Assembly (NCBI GenBank): GCA_964016885.1
Contig: OZ024745.1
Coordinates: 79,794,001 to 79,858,000, forward strand
Direction of reading: 5' to 3'
From: Eledone cirrhosa
Taxonomy: Eukaryota
Length of the DNA: 64,000 nt
Both the position numbers and the translations under genes were made by a program. The first letter of the stretch is position 1. Every line of letters begins with the position of its first letter. Below are positions 1-13,287 of this stretch, in pieces. The notes beneath the pieces were generated by a model. The model was not told the origin of the DNA. It did not search any database and saw only the letters and a list, made by a program, of their open reading frames with translations.

Positions 1-1330
1 TTTTACTGAGGGACGGGTTGGGTGGGACTGAGTTTTGTTGTTTGTTTATCTGTTGTGGTGGTGGTGGTGGAGCTGGTGTTGGTAGCAGGGTTTTCTTTTT
101 GTTGAGTTGGGGACAAGCGGCCTTCAGGTGCCCTCTGCCTGCACAGATGTGGCAGGACGGCCTTCTCCCCTCCACGCTAATGTTTATATACCCGTGGTCC
201 TCTAATAGTATTCTGTCGGGTATTTGGGCGATGCGTTCAGGCTTCATTTGTACTACCAGCTCTATACCTGTTCCACTGAACGCATTGCCTGTGGTTTTCC
301 CAATGGAAATCACGTTGTCATTCACTGGATCGATGAAGCCAGCTATGAGCCAGCAGTAGTCCACATCTGGCATCATTGCATCCAGCCATATGCGTTGAGT
401 TCTTTTCCCCATATAAGATGGATAAAAGGTGAAATTTTTTGAACGAATCGGTGACAAAGCACATTCTTTTGCCGCCGATTCGTTCTTCATGATAATTGCT
501 AGGCTTCCATACAGTCTGTCTTTTCTTATGAAAGTGGTTTCATTAAGTACTTCTGTGAGTACTGTTTTGATATCTGCTTGAGAAGGCTGTTCAGGTTTTT
601 TTGTACTGTTGTTGATGGTCCGAAACTTGACCGTTCGGCTTTCAATGTCTTTCGTGAATTCTTGAGGCATTTTTACCGATAAAATACCATTCTCTCCTTC
701 ACTTATGTATTGTTTGGCGTCCGTGATCCTTCGTACCACATCTGAAATGTATTCCGCTATATAAGTCAAAGATTTCTTTGTTTTCTGTGCAAATGAAATC
801 TTGTCGTCTGCTTTGTTTTCTGATATGGTGTTATTTTCAACTGTTATTTTTGTGTTTGTTGTCTTTGTTTGTGTTATTAGTATTGTCATGCAATTTTTCA
901 AATTTTTTTTTTACGTTGTTGGAATCCAAGTCCAGATTTGTGTTTTCGTCATTTAATTTTTTCTCCGCAGATTCGTCTGTTTTTATTTTAATTTTTCCTT
1001 CCTTCTCTATGACGTTAGTTGGGAAGGAAGGGAGGACTAAAGCGTGCGAGCTTACAACTCTTACCGCTGTCCCCCCCACCACTATTTTCGTTCGCTGCGT
1101 TTAACATTTCTGTTAGACGATTGAAATTTTTTACACAACATTTTTTAAAACAGGTTTTTCACCTCTAGGAGGGGTAAAGATGAGCTGACCCACCGCCTGA
1201 CAGTTCAGACGGAGGGTCAAGCTACACAATTGTATCAAAATTAAGTTTGAACTCACAAAATTTCCTCAATAAATTTGAACAAAACTTCTGTGCGAAGTGA
1301 ATGACATCCACACTGTAGAACAGACGACAG
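1..1330 (-). mobile_element. 5' part (5' UTR and degraded ORF1) of a Tx1/L1-clade non-LTR retrotransposon, running off the window start
   Basis: Minus-strand translation gives a CCHC knuckle (ISVEGRRPSCHICAGRGHLKAACPQ, about 110-185) and KDIESRTVKFRTI...QADIKTVL. Both are homologous to ORF1 of the element at 55929-57849. Frameshifted. Confidence 0.75.
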
Positions 1331-1957
1331 CTAGATGATAGATAGATAGATATGTTTCTTTTATTTGCCACTAGGGCATCAAAAGTGGGACAAGTACAAA
1401 GGGGGAGTTTACACAAAAAGGCGTCCTCAATAAGGAGGAGGCAATAACAAAATATAAAAATAAAATGAGATATAACAAAAAATAAAATTTTTAACAAAAT
1501 CCTCAATAGAGAGGAGGCGCCTTGGGGGGTCGCACACACCCCCGAAAAAAGTGTGCAACCCTTCTCCTCAGGAGCACAGAGAAGGGGTGCTCCCTTGGTC
1601 TTTCATCTTCCTCACCTATAGTCTGATGTAGAGTGAAGGCCCATTCACACGGGCCATTCTCGCCACTTTCACCCATCTTTCATAGAAACGGCTGGGGTGC
1701 AGCACCTCTCTCTCCATCCTGATCCTTCTTCCGAAATGATATCGGAAGAAACGGACCAGTTGTTGGCCAGAGAGAAAGGTGCCCGACCTCAGTCCTTTCA
1801 GACGCGTCCACCATACAACCTCTTTCGCCATGGCTATTACGCACAGAAACACCGCCTCTGCTTCATCTTTGAAGGGGGGAGGCGGCTTGATCATTACAAT
1901 AGACTCGGTGGTCAACCGGATCGGTCCCACCCTTGACAGCAGTTGTTCGACATAGCC

Positions 1958-3823
1958 CTACAGATCGGCTACGCCCGAGCAGTGTACCAATGCGTGTGCA
2001 ACGGTTTCCTCGTCGCACACGCATCTGGGACAGATCTTTTTGGCGGGGTCCCTACCCGGGCGCCCGTGTCTGTAGAGCCTTTCTCGAACGGGTAAAGCCC
2101 CTCGGTAGCACTGCCAGGCCAGGGACTTCTGGAAGTTGTCCATAGGTCCCAGGCTGAATGTCCTACCGAACAGGCTGGCCAGTTCGTCCTCCTCCATGTC
2201 TAGGGCTTCTCCGAGGGCGTCGTCGCACCTGCTGCGCACCAGCCCTCTATAGAATGTTGCGGTGGAGTCTCCACTGATAACCGGATCCGCCTGCCAGAGG
2301 GCGGTGAGCGCCTGGGCACACTCAGTGTGCCAGGAGCCCAGTTTTCTCGGTCTTTGCTTGACCCAGGATTGCAGCTCGGTGAGTGAGACGAGTCTGGGAA
2401 AGGTTCGTCTCACAAACGAGGCCCACACCGGTTGTCCGGTGAGGAATACGTAGAGGTGCCGTAGCCTTAATGCGTGTTTACGCATCATTAGCCACGGCAT
2501 CCCCAGCCCTCCTTTCGAAGGGTGTTGACAGCAGATGGATCTCCTCACCATAGGAGCCCGCCTCTTCCAAAGGTATTGGAAGAGCGCGCGCTCCATCTTG
2601 GTGAGGGTTTCCCTTGGGCAGGGCACTACGGTCAGGCGGTAGTAGATGACGGACGCTATGTAGGTGTTCGCCACCTCCGCCCGACCTTTCAGGGATAGTT
2701 TGCAACTGGCCCACTTCTGGGTCAGTGCAAACACCCTGTTCGTAACCTCCGCCCAGTTTTTCTCCACCTGGAGGTCCGGTCCGAACCAGACCCCGAGCAA
2801 CTTCACCGGGCCCTCCGTCCAGCGTCCGACGACGCTATCGGAGGGCATCGGTCTGCCCCTCCACGTGCCGAGTTGCAAACCGATCGACTTGTCCCGGTTC
2901 AGCTTAGCCCCTGTGAACTTTTCGTACTCCTCCAGTAAGGTGCCAACCGCCTCGATTTCGGAGGCCGTCGACACCATTACTGTCACGTCATCGGCGTAGG
3001 CCGACACCGCTTTCCGCAATCCCGGTTCCATAGGGATGCCCTGCAACAACTCCAACTTCCGCAGTAGTGGCTCGAGAGTCAACACATACAGAAGGGAGGA
3101 GAGGGGGCACCCTTGTCGGATGGACCGCGCGATTTTGAACGGCTCCGAGACGTAGCCGTTCACCTTGACCCTAGAGCAGATGCGGCTGCTGTGCATAGCA
3201 GTGATCCAGCCCCTGAAAACGGGTCCGAAGCCTGCCGCCGCTAGCACCGCATCCAGGTAACCATGGTCGACCCTATCGAACGCCTTAGATTGATCCAAGT
3301 TGATCAGAGCCCCACCAAAGCCGGGTTCGTTCCCAACCCTCTCTATGATGTATCGCATGAGGTGGAGGTTGTCATGGATGGACCTGGACGGGATAGCGCA
3401 TGTCTGCGCATCTCCCACCAGGTTGCCCACGACAAGCGCCAACCTCTTTGCTAGCACCTTGGACAAAATCTGTAACTCTGTATTTAGCAGTGTTATGGGC
3501 CTGAAGTTACTTATTTCGTCCCCCTTGTTCTCGTCCTTCCTCACTAGCGTGACTACGCCCTTGGTCACAGTACAGGGAATTCTCCCGTTCTGTTGCCAGT
3601 TGCAGTAGACCGCCTCGAGGAGATCGGGGAACAAGTCCGGCATAGCTAGATATAATTCGTAAGGAAGACCATCGAGACCCGAAGTCCACGTTCCCAACCG
3701 GCTCCCCGCCCCTCCCGAACAGTCGGGCAAAGTGCCTTTGAAAGGCCTCACACATCTGCTTAGGCTCAAGAATCGCCCGTCCATCCAGGTCTCGCAAAGA
3801 CCGGATGGTGGATTTAGTTCCAC
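1958..3823 (-). pseudogene. Tx1-like ORF2 reverse transcriptase portion (frameshifted)
   Basis: 621-aa ORF with GLDGLPYELY, NFRPITLLN, QGCPLS and YADD. The first about 45 aa are out of frame. About 120 bp are missing near 3690 relative to the copy at 54061-54666. Confidence 0.88.
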
Positions 3824-4822
3824 TGTTGGCCTCTGTCACGCGGGCCCAGCTAACAGCTTTGGTCCCCTCGTTCCCTAGAGCACGTATTTTACTTCGGACA
3901 ACGCAGCCTTCGTGCTTCGCGTCGAAAAACTGGCTCAAAGCCGTTCTCGACGCTAGCACTCTGGCCACGTCGCCGCTTCTAATTGCCTCTTCTACTCTAT
4001 CTATTAGCTCCCTTTCCTTCCTATTCCTATCCGCAGCTAGAACCTTACTAAATTCTATCGAGACTACTCTAATCTCTCTCTTTAGAGATACCCACCACCT
4101 GCTGTTGACGATCGCTCCAGTCAACCGTTCCTTAACTAACGTACTAATCCGATTCCTGTAGGCTCTACTTGCCGGCAAGGACAAGTTGAGCTTCCAGTAA
4201 CCGGGGCCCTGTCTATGAGTTCTGTCAAGGTTGACCATGCAGGTCACTAATTTGTGGTCTGCATAGCCAACAATGCGCATTTTTGGACAACTTAAAAAGT
4301 CCTTATCCTTAATTCTAACTAAGAACCTATCTAGGTACGACCTAGATGATCCGCTACGATTTGCCCAAGTCCAGGTTGGCGCAGTCGGAAAATCTAGTCG
4401 ATATCTATCGGCCAGGTCAAATCGACCGATTATCCCTTTGAGGCTATTACACCCCTCTCTATCGGGGCAGGCCCCTACGTAGTCCCAGCGTGCATCTAGG
4501 ATACCATTCCAGTCCCCCACTAATAGCAAGGAGCGGGACGTCCCTAGAAAAGTCTCCAGACGATGGAAGAAGTCCGGCCGCATTGACCCGAAAGGGCCGT
4601 AGGCGGCTACCAACCTAAACGCTCCGCCTTTACCACTGCCAAGGTCCAGAACCACTAGTCGACCCTCCGGGTCCAAATGTACCATCTGTGTTGCGAGACC
4701 CAGATGTTTTTGCAGCAGAACGACAACTCCACCCCCACCTCCGGGCTGACAGAGAGATGCGTGCATCTCAAAGTCATCAAAGGTGGGGGCCAGCTGTCGC
4801 ACGTTGCTGATCCGGGCCTCGC

Positions 4823-4823
<1 letters not shown>
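3690..4823 (-). pseudogene. Tx1-like ORF2 APE endonuclease and linker portion
   Basis: Part of ORF 3507..5066 from CEARIS onward is homologous to 54676..55797. The upstream IYLS repeat is microsatellite read-through. Confidence 0.85.
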
Positions 4824-4884
<61 letters not shown>

Positions 4885-4909
4885 ATAAATAGATAGATAG
4901 ATAGATAGA
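4824..4909. repeat. (GATA)n microsatellite at the Tx1 5' junction (matching short tract at 1337-1352)
   Basis: Direct reading. Confidence 0.95.
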
Positions 4910-5488
4910 CAATAACATATATATGTGTGTGTGTGTAACAATTATAAATATATATGTAAAAAAACAAACAAATATATGTGAATATGTGTGTGTCAAACGA
5001 GCATACTACAGTTAACGAGGAGAATAATACTACACCACATCCGTCCCTCGCGGTTATAAACTTCATACACTGAACCCCAACACTTTTTTTTTCAATCTTA
5101 TCCGAGAGAATAACCTTTTATGTTGATAACTATTATCATGAATAAATCGCAAATACTGCCATTAACTCGACATACAGTTAAGTGTGTAGTAGTACTTCTT
5201 ATTGAGTTATAGTTTTCCTTAAAGACGTAGATATAAGTGCATCCTTTAACATTGCTACACTCTCTTGTTTCTTAAACTTCAAAGGCAATTCTCTTACTTT
5301 TAAGTTCAAGTATAATAGCCAATCAAATATGTGTAGATCTCCGGAAAATTAAATACCATTTACTTTATACATAATATGTATCAAGAGTTATTTTCATTTT
5401 CACTTACAAATTACAAACAATCGATAAAACCATTGCTGTAATATCGGAACGCGTGGAAACGGTATCCCATCACTACTTCAAATAAATC

Positions 5489-5580
<92 letters not shown>

Positions 5581-5784
5581 TATGTACACGTACATACATA
5601 TATGTATATAGACGCACAGTAGTATGTATATATATATACATACATGCACACACATATATATATATACGTATGGATTCACCGAACATTTATTATAATGCTC
5701 GGTGTGTTTGTAAACAACTATCCCGTATTAAGCGGTAGTGTCTAGCAACCATCGTTGCTCGTTTGTTCAACACTGACAAAGGAA

Positions 5785-5825
5785 CGCTGTACTAGTTTCA
5801 AGCTTATTAGCTATCGTCAGCAACG
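5785..5825 (-). ncRNA. Minimal hammerhead ribozyme
   Basis: Reverse complement of 6207-6247. Confidence 0.75.
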
Positions 5826-6206
5826 TATACCTTCCTGCCAGATTGTTGAACGTATATACTTACCTTATGCATATTAACTACAGCTTAATACGGCTTAACA
5901 TTACGGCTTAATACGGGATGTTTGTTTACAAACACACCGAGCATTATAATAAATGTTCGGTGAATCCATACGTACATATATATATGTCTGCATGTAAGTA
6001 TATATATATACATACTACTGTACGTCTGTATACATATATGTATGTACGTGTACTAAGAGTGGGAAATGAAATTTCGTTTCATTTTTTTCGTTTATCGTTT
6101 TCGGTGCACCCGGCCGATTAACTCACTCGATATGCAAATTGGGCTACTCAGCCGTTAATATGCATAAGTTAAGTATATACGTTCAACAATCTGGCAGGAA
6201 GGTATA

Positions 6207-6247
6207 CGTTGCTGACGATAGCTAATAAGCTTGAAACTAGTACAGCG
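6207..6247 (+). ncRNA. Minimal hammerhead ribozyme
   Basis: cgttg-CTGACGA-tagctaataagctt-GAAAC-ta-GTA-cagcg. Stem I cgttg/cagcg, stem II agct/agct, palindromic stem III ACTAGT, GUA cleavage triplet. Confidence 0.8.
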
Positions 6248-6527
6248 TTCCTTTATCAGTGTTGAACAAACGAGCAACGATGGTTGCTAGACACTACGGC
6301 TTAATACGGGATGTTTGTTTACAAACACACCGAGCATTATAATAAATGTTCGGTGAATCCATACCTACATATATATATATGTGCGCATGTATGTATATAT
6401 AAATACATACTACTGTACGTCTGTATACATATATGTATGTACGTGTACATACTTATATTTAAGTAACAGCCGTACTAAGAGTGGGAAATGAAATTTCGTT
6501 TCATTTTTTCCGTTTATATATATATAT

Positions 6528-6698
6528 AATTGTTTCTACTTTTGGCACAAGGCCAGCAATTTCCCAATTCATTACTGGTACTTTATTTTATCGACCCGGT
6601 AAGGATGAAAGGCAAAGTTAACCTCGACGGGATTTGAACTCAGAACATAAAGGGACGCATGGCGTCCGACCCTCTACCGATACTGCCAATTCACCGTG
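6528..6698 (-). mobile_element. tRNA-derived SINE
   Basis: A-box-like TGGCAGTATCGG, B-box GAGTTCAAATCC, central GAGGTTAACTTTGCCTTTCATCC..GGTCGATAAAATAAAGTACCAG, tail GCTGGCCTTGTGCCAAAAGTAGAAAC. Many copies in the window. Confidence 0.85.
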
Positions 6699-8084
6699 GT
6701 TATATATATGTAATGTCGAAAGATTTGTGATTTTCCGGCATTATGCTTATTGGCAGTATCGGTAGGGGGTCGGGCATAAGCCCTTCATCAGGAGAAAAGT
6801 GGGTAGGAAGAGAGTTCCGAGTGGTGGAGAGACATTTTGAAAAAAAGGGGGGGGCGGTGGAAGGGGTACAAATAAAAATAAAAATAAACATAAAGGTGAA
6901 CAAGTGGTGGAAGGGTGTGAGGCGTGTGGGGTGGGGTGGGTGGGGGTGGGGGGGAGTAGGGAGAGGGAGGCGGGGGGTCCGAGCGAGGAGGGCTGAAGGT
7001 GGTGTTTGTGTATGTGTGTAGGTGTACGTGTGTGTGTGTGCGTGTGTATGTGAATGTGAGAGTTGGGGGAAGAACCAGGTTCCATGTTCAGGAAAAGGTG
7101 TGTGCGTGGGGTGGGGTGTAGGTTGGTGTGTGCGTGTGGATGGGGAGGGGTGGGAGAGGGGTGGGAGAGGGGTGGGAGTGGGAGATCGTAAAGGGACGTA
7201 ACCATGCTGGAAAGCATGGCGTCCGACCCTCTACCGATACTGCCAAAAATAATAATATATAATTGTTTCAACAAATTAGAATAACCTACCTGAAGAATAT
7301 ATATCATAGAAAAACTATTTGGTAAAAGAAATGAGCACAAGCGGCTATTATTTTTTCCCTTAAAAGTAATGTGATGAGACCTGGAGATGAGATGGTAAAA
7401 CTGCTCAAGACATGTCGTATGTCGCTACGGTGCTCCTACGATTCCATCAGGAGATACGGGTCATCTCATCGCACACTCCACGGAACTACCTTAGGAACTT
7501 ACCCACGGACATACACTCACATTTTTTTTCGAACCACGCCACCTACATCCACACCACGTATAAACACCAACACACACGTGCGTACCCCTACATATACACA
7601 CTCAGCCTCCGGAATCCACATAAAGTACCAGTAATGCACTGGGTAATTGCTGGCCTTGTGCCAAAAGTAGAAACAATTATTTTAACAAACCACAGAAATA
7701 CATTTTACTTTAAAATAATGAGTCTTCTGAGAGTTTGGAAAGCAGTCACCGTACTATTATCTGGGCCGCCCTATTGCACAGGTACATAAAAATGGCAGCT
7801 TCAGATCGACAAAAAAAAAATACAGATCCGAACTAGTTTATTCTCTTAATCTTTTCATGAAGGTATTTTATCCCGAAATATAAGGACCTATAAAGAACTG
7901 CAAGGTAACACTTCAACACCATTATCATCATATTTTTAACATTTACCATCCAATTCACAGTATTTTTTTTACACTTTACACAATGTTTCAAGCAAACTAC
8001 AACACTACTTCTAATGTTTCGGACATCTCTTTGGCTGGAAAAATAATAGTGGCATTCACGGGAAATTTGTAAATAAGGATTATT

Positions 8085-8134
<50 letters not shown>

Positions 8135-8449
8135 TACACACATGCATTTATACACACATTTATATACACACGCGCACACTCACACACACAGACACAAATG
8201 TACACACATACACACGCACACGCATACACACACACATGCACACACATACACACACACACGCGCGCGTACACATATATATACATACACTATTTACATCTTG
8301 TGAATGTTATTGAAATGCCTTTTGTCGATGCAAATCAATACTACTTTGCTTAGCTTCAACTATTTTACATCCACGTGTATATAAACACATTGTGTTAAAA
8401 AAATCTGATCGATGATGACTGATGGGACATATGAAATAACAACAACTGG

Positions 8450-8610
8450 TGTTGCTGCTATGTGGTCGCTTGAGATGCCATAAATAGCAGCCAAATGTCC
8501 TTTTAGTCACACCCTACTGCCTTAAAAATGAAAGAACACACTGGATAATGTAATTCTGGATAAAGGAAAAAAAATGACAGATGGTCACGGCTGAAAAGCC
8601 TTAGATGTTA
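8450..8610. repeat. Dispersed repeat, related copy at about 16450-16620
   Basis: Shared tggtcg..g....gc.a.aaa.a.cagccaa and gac.gatggt.a.g..tg.aa.gc.tt.gat segments. Confidence 0.45.
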
Positions 8611-8819
8611 CGCCTGCTCGATTAGAGCCGTCATGGGGATGGATGTATGTATGGACACTTTACTCTTGATGGAGTCGTAGGGGCACCGTCGTGGAATATG
8701 GCATGTGTTAGGCGTTATTAAACCTGGCGGAGCCCACCATCTCCTCGAGGTATGAACACAGCCAATTTCTTCCAGAGAAGGATAGAAGAGAGAGAGAATT
8801 GAAATGAGAAAGAGATATA

Positions 8820-8975
8820 GAGGAATAATCGACGCCTGTACTAGACTGGTACTTTTTTTTATCGACCTTGAAATGATGAAAGGCAAAGTTGACCTCGGCA
8901 AGATTTGAACTCAGTATGCAGTTACCACAAAGCATTTTATCCGACTTTCTAATAACTCTGCCAATTCGCCGCTCG
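8820..8975 (-). mobile_element. Diverged tRNA-derived SINE
   Basis: Same central domain (ctggtactt...atcgacc...atgaaaggcaaagttgacctcggc...atttgaactcag). Confidence 0.75.
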
Positions 8976-9599
8976 ACCTAGGGATAAATAACAAGAAATT
9001 CGTTATGAACATGTAGAATCATTGCTAACCGAGGTTACATGACAGCGACCACAGATATTAAATGTCAGTTCGATGAATGGAAGTACACAACAATAACCAA
9101 AAGCCATCTTGTAGTGAAGAACATAAATATTTTGAATAATTATACTGAATGTTATTCTAATCCCTATTTCTGATATAGCTGAGGTATACTTAAAGTTTTA
9201 GTTATATGGAAAAAGTGCACTAAATATTTCTAAATATAAGCCGTAACATTTCCAAATATTCTTCAGAAAATAATTAATATGTACGGCATATGAATACAGA
9301 TTAATGGAAAATAAATTAAAATCTACAGTATTCCTATTTTTGAAAGTATTGGTAAACAATATTGGTTTTACTATCAAAGTACTCAACAATATTACATTTT
9401 ATTCAGTTTTATCAATATCTCATTTGTTTCACTTTTAATTATTCTCTTTTCCTAAACATCTTTTCATTTTTGTTTAAAATCGTAGTTTCTTGCTGAGGAT
9501 TTGCTGCCTTTCTTATAGATTATTTTCTTTTACTAATTTCAGAATATCAGTAAAATATTGTTCACATTCCATTATATCTTGAAAAGCAACAGCGAAATA

Positions 9600-10030
9600 T
9601 AGGTAAAATGAATCAGAAGAACAAAGATCAAAAAGGCTTGCTGATGATAGGCCAAGGAAATCAACTATTTTCAAGAAGAATTAGCTATACACACAAAACA
9701 GAGAAGATGAATCAGATGCACAAAAATCATCAAGGCTTCAACAACAAAGAATAAGAAGTGCACAGAATAGACAGGTTGAATCAGAGGAACAAAGGCTTGC
9801 TGAAGATAGAAAAATGGAAGCAACTATTCGTCAAGAGGAATCGGATATACGAAAATCATCAAGACAGCAAATAGAAAGAAATAAAGTAGCTCAAAGGCAG
9901 CATGAAGAAACTGAAGTTCAAAAAACTCAAATATGTGAACAGAGAGCAAGGATAGAAGATTTATGATTTAAAAAGTTTACCGAGTGGAACTTTGCTGCTT
10001 TTAGTTATGATACACATTAAGACTATCCTT
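9600..10030 (+). mobile_element. Degraded Helitron Rep-Hel N-terminal fragment
   Basis: Broken frame with E/Q/R-rich repeats (ESEEQRLAEDR, EETEVQK) followed by NFAAFSYD...DY, which resembles the region before the Helitron Rep zinc finger. Confidence 0.5.
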
Positions 10031-10039
10031 TAATTCGAA

Positions 10040-10280
10040 TTTCCTCGAATTTGTTCCGACCGCGCGCCTGCTCTTGGAACGTCGAGTGGTTCAGGGTGGG
10101 TACGGTTACTAAGTCACCCCTGGGTGGTCCTCCCCATATTGGGGAATTTTCATTGTTGTAATTCTTCTTTTTATTGTTATTTGTTAATTTGTTTTTATTC
10201 GATTTTATTGGAAACCCTCACTGCCCCTGTCTATTGTATTGTCCTCTATATGACGGCCCTTGTGGCCAATAAAGAAATTA
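10040..10280 (+). mobile_element. Isolated Tx1-like 3' UTR fragment
   Basis: Ends in GCCCTTGTGGCCAATAAAGAAAT, the same 3' terminus as the element at 52201. Confidence 0.7.
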
Positions 10281-10289
10281 ATATTAGAG

Positions 10290-10520
10290 GATGCTGGATT
10301 GTCAGAGATGTTAGAGCGTTGGACAAATGCTTCGCAGTATTTGTTCCGGCTCTTTAAGTTCTGAGTTCAAACCCTGCCGAGGTCAACTTTACCTTTCAAC
10401 CTTTCGAAATCGATAAAATAATGATTCAGTTACATACTGGAGTCGATATAATCTACTTTCCTCTATATTATATATCCTTATATATTCTTGTCCTTCTGCC
10501 TAAATTAGAAATCATTATTC
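10290..10520 (+). mobile_element. Diverged tRNA-derived SINE
   Basis: ctgagttcaaaccctgccgaggtcaactttacctttcaacc...gataaaat...aaattagaaatcatt. Confidence 0.75.
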
Positions 10521-10745
10521 TATTTTATCAATTAAAACAAATACAGAAGTGAAAGAATGTATCATGTTCGAAACAACAGAAACTTAATGTGTGATGAAAT
10601 ATGGGGCAAAAATAATTTATATTAGTTGATAATTGATACTATTTTCTTCATTTTAATCATCGGCATGTGCGAGAGACAACAATTGGGATGTTTCATTTTT
10701 ATTGGGGCTCCTCGGCAAAAGCGTAATCCCCATCGAAACACGCTG

Positions 10746-11895
<1,150 letters not shown>

Positions 11896-11897
<2 letters not shown>

Positions 11898-12072
11898 AAC
11901 AAGTAAGACCCCAACGGCTGAGCTCAAGCCGTTTCGACAGCGAATTAGCCGTCGAAACGGCTTGAGCTCAGCCGTCGGGGTCTTACTTGCTCCTATTACC
12001 CACTCTACTACCCTAAGTATTGAGTACTTTGGTGCGTTATGGTCCACCTGGTTCCTTACCACATTTCCTTCG

Positions 12073-12074
<2 letters not shown>
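11896..12074 (+). mobile_element. Short hairpin PLE-terminus element (family H1, copy 1) with the 3' half of an HHR
   Basis: Inverted repeat 11893-11996 plus unique tail, (TA)n on both sides. Contains GAAAC-ggcttgagctcagcc-GTC. Homologous to 12932-13074 and 61739-61939. Confidence 0.75.
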
Positions 12075-12113
<39 letters not shown>

Positions 12114-12569
12114 GAGGGGCGTGGCGTATAGAGAAAAGGTGGTGGCGAATAATTAAAAGAAAGGGTAGCGAAAAAATGGAAGAGAATGCGATGTAAATAT
12201 AGAAGAGACATTTCGAAAACAACAACGAAAAAATGTCCATAAAAAATTGACACTCCCTTCAAAAAACCAAATGTTAAAAAACCAGAAACTAGAGTTATCA
12301 TCGACTTGATTGCATGTTGCAGCGTGTACTTAAACGACGACAGAAATATTAATGATGGACGATAAGGGAAGCTAAATATATGTGTCAATATAATTAATCT
12401 TACTACATAGTTTCAAGTTGATGCAGATTGTATTGTTTTCTACTATTTAGATAACAGTCATCTTTTCTCATTGGTCAACAATTGTTCATTTGCTATCACG
12501 TTTGTGGTGGAGAAAACTAATATTGGTTGAATACAAGTATAACATTCTGTTGAAGTCAGATACTGTAAA

Positions 12570-12681
<112 letters not shown>

Positions 12682-12699
12682 AGAGAGAGAGAGAGAGAG

Positions 12700-12740
<41 letters not shown>

Positions 12741-12742
<2 letters not shown>

Positions 12743-12910
12743 GTAGAACACTGGAAGGTAATATCCGTAGTGGTAGAGCACTCAGTCCATGGGACGAGTT
12801 TGGTAGATGTAGTAACAACAGTTAGTTCACCATACCGAGAATAATTGTTTCACCTTATGATAAGGTGAAACAATTGTTCTCGGTATGGTGAACTAACTGT
12901 TGTTACTACT
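12741..12910 (-). mobile_element. Short hairpin PLE-terminus element (family H2) with the 3' half of an HHR
   Basis: Near-perfect inverted repeat 12808-12909 centred on caccttatgataaggtg, followed by GAAAC-aatt-GTT. Flanked by microsatellites. Confidence 0.65.
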
Positions 12911-12931
12911 TTTATATATATATATATATAT

Positions 12932-13074
12932 AGGAACCAGTAAGACCCCGACGGCAGAGCTCAAGCCGTTTCGACGGCTAATTACTGGTTCCTATTACCC
13001 ACTCTAAATACCCTAAGTATTGAGTATTTTGGTGCGTTATGGTCCACCTGGTTCCTTACCACATTTCCTTCGTT
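12932..13074 (+). mobile_element. Family H1 copy 2 (right arm largely deleted)
   Basis: Near-identical tail to 11996-12074, (TA)n flanks. Confidence 0.75.
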
Positions 13075-13230
13075 ATATATATATACATATATATATAAGC
13101 AAAGAGATATTTAATTTGTTGGTTATTCAACAAATTTATTTATAACAGATTCGAAGCACTCTACAAGTTTCCTGGAGTATAATATCAATGATATTAATAA
13201 ATGGAAACTATATTTATAAAACCATATTTA

Positions 13231-13287
13231 TTTTATTATATATATTTCAAGGGTACCAACATTTTGGTACGCTCTCATCAGATAACA
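13231..13287 (-). ncRNA. Minimal hammerhead ribozyme in a PLE terminus (about 13098-13330)
   Basis: ttat-CTGATGA-gagcgtacc...ggtaccctt-GAAA-tatat-ATA-ataa. Same type as 24063, 42168 and 47427. Confidence 0.7.

Larger units (their letters stand above)
1353..4823 (-). mobile_element. 5'-truncated Tx1/L1-clade LINE (APE endonuclease, RT, C-terminal Cys/His region, 3' UTR)
   Basis: APE motifs (LLVGDWNG, SYLDRF, ADHK), RT motifs (DQSKAFDRVDH, SIRQGCPLS, AYADDV) and CPRC..ETVAHALVHC. The 3' end reads GCCCTAGTGGCAAATAAAAGAAAC followed by (TATC)n. Both ends abut (GATA)n. Confidence 0.92.
5578..6516. mobile_element. Non-coding HHR-bearing PLE-terminus / retrozyme-like element: inverted arm plus about 1.5 tandem units
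   Basis: 5578-5878 is the reverse complement of about 6155-6458. 5902-6095 is repeated directly at 6295-6516. (TA)n lies on both sides. Confidence 0.75.
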
